DNA of 63,847 nt, filler included, from Reticulomyxa filosa (Eukaryota; Protista; Foraminifera): the NCBI GenBank assembly GCA_000512085.1. It is 22 parts of 22 records of this genome, joined end to end, with 100 filler letters (N's around TTAATTAATTAA, not from the genome) between each part and the next. Parts side by side here need not be neighbours in the genome. Positions count along the whole stretch, not along the records: positions 61,828 to 63,847 come from ASPP01048816.1; 21 more parts are not named here. One strand, given 5' to 3'. The position numbers were made by a program, and so were the translations under genes. A model generated the notes under the pieces. It was not told the DNA's origin. It saw only the letters and a list, made by a program, of their open reading frames with translations, and made no database searches. This document shows, piece by piece, positions 63,072 through 63,847 of this stretch; the first letter of the stretch is position 1, and every line of letters starts with the position of its first letter.

Positions 63072-63847
63072 TACTAAATAAATTTATATCAATGAACAAT
63101 ATTATAAATGATATCGCTGCAAAAAGAAGATTGAATGAAGAATTTAATAGAAGAATTGATATTTTATTTTTATTTTTTTTATGTATTTAAAATAAACAAA
63201 AAGAGGTAGTTGAAGCATTGAAAAAAGAACTTAAATTAAAAAATATCGAAAAAGATAGTTATAATGAAAAATTATTATATTTTGATGTATTTAGATTTAA
63301 AGAATTTAATATTCATAAATTAATTGTCACAACGATTGATTACTTCCAAATTTTTTTTGCTGTTATTCCATTTATTTCGGTTTTCGACCATTTAAAAAAA
63401 CCTAGTTAATTTTTCACATATCGATTTGGATAATATCCACTTTATTTTCAATATTTAAATCATTTAAACAAAATAAAAAGGAAATATTCCATAGCTCTTT
63501 TTTGAAAATATTAACACAATGTTTCCAAAAAAAAATAACAAGAGAAAAAAAGTCTGTGATGACCCTTAACATGGTTTTTTTTAAAATGGTAATACAATAT
63601 CATATAAACTCAAATTTTTTTTTACATAAAAACACACAAAATTTTAAAAATATTTTCACTAATTTGTATAACGACAGTGTTTATTGATTACATCGTGCAC
63701 TCCACGAAACATAGATACAAGATATTTTCTTTCGAATTTACCAACCAATTGCTCAAGTCACATTATTTCAAAAGTAGAATTTTCTATATATAAAATAAAC
63801 TATTAGAAGGAAGTAGTCAATTTAACAAGATTTAAAATCAGTATTGG

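Overview
This window is eukaryotic, not prokaryotic, and is not one continuous locus. It consists of 22 short AT-rich contigs joined by 21 identical artificial 100-bp spacers (N44-TTAATTAATTAA-N44), so gene neighbourhoods across spacers carry no meaning. Intron-rich genes, homopolymer and microsatellite tracts, and distinctive expanded WD40, RING/TRAF and PUB-like families point to a foraminiferan such as Reticulomyxa filosa. That assignment is an inference from remembered family signatures, not a database result. Recognisable genes are G6PD, PPIL3 cyclophilin, AP-1/2 beta-adaptin, poly(A) polymerase, SIN3-like, GPAT3/9-type acyltransferase, MFSD6-like transporter, TTC33-like TPR protein, a CAP-Gly protein, a transmembrane-RGS protein and an SGNH-like hydrolase. 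Many loci are disrupted (Rab2, RPL35, NVL-like AAA, UPF1-like helicase, WD40, RING/TRAF, SecA-like+vWA). The most interesting observations are: (1) an intronless HET-E/NWD-type WD40 array with hypervariable surface positions and a tail like that of bacterial NACHT/NB-ARC-WD40 proteins, a candidate NLR-like non-self recognition receptor; (2) an unusual intron grammar with GTT donors, T-rich 5' halves and A-rich 3' halves and usually no polypyrimidine tract; (3) a WW-PUB-histidine phosphatase fusion; (4) a SecA-like ATPase-vWA fusion; (5) an unannotated dispersed non-coding element. Exon boundaries were read by eye and are approximate.
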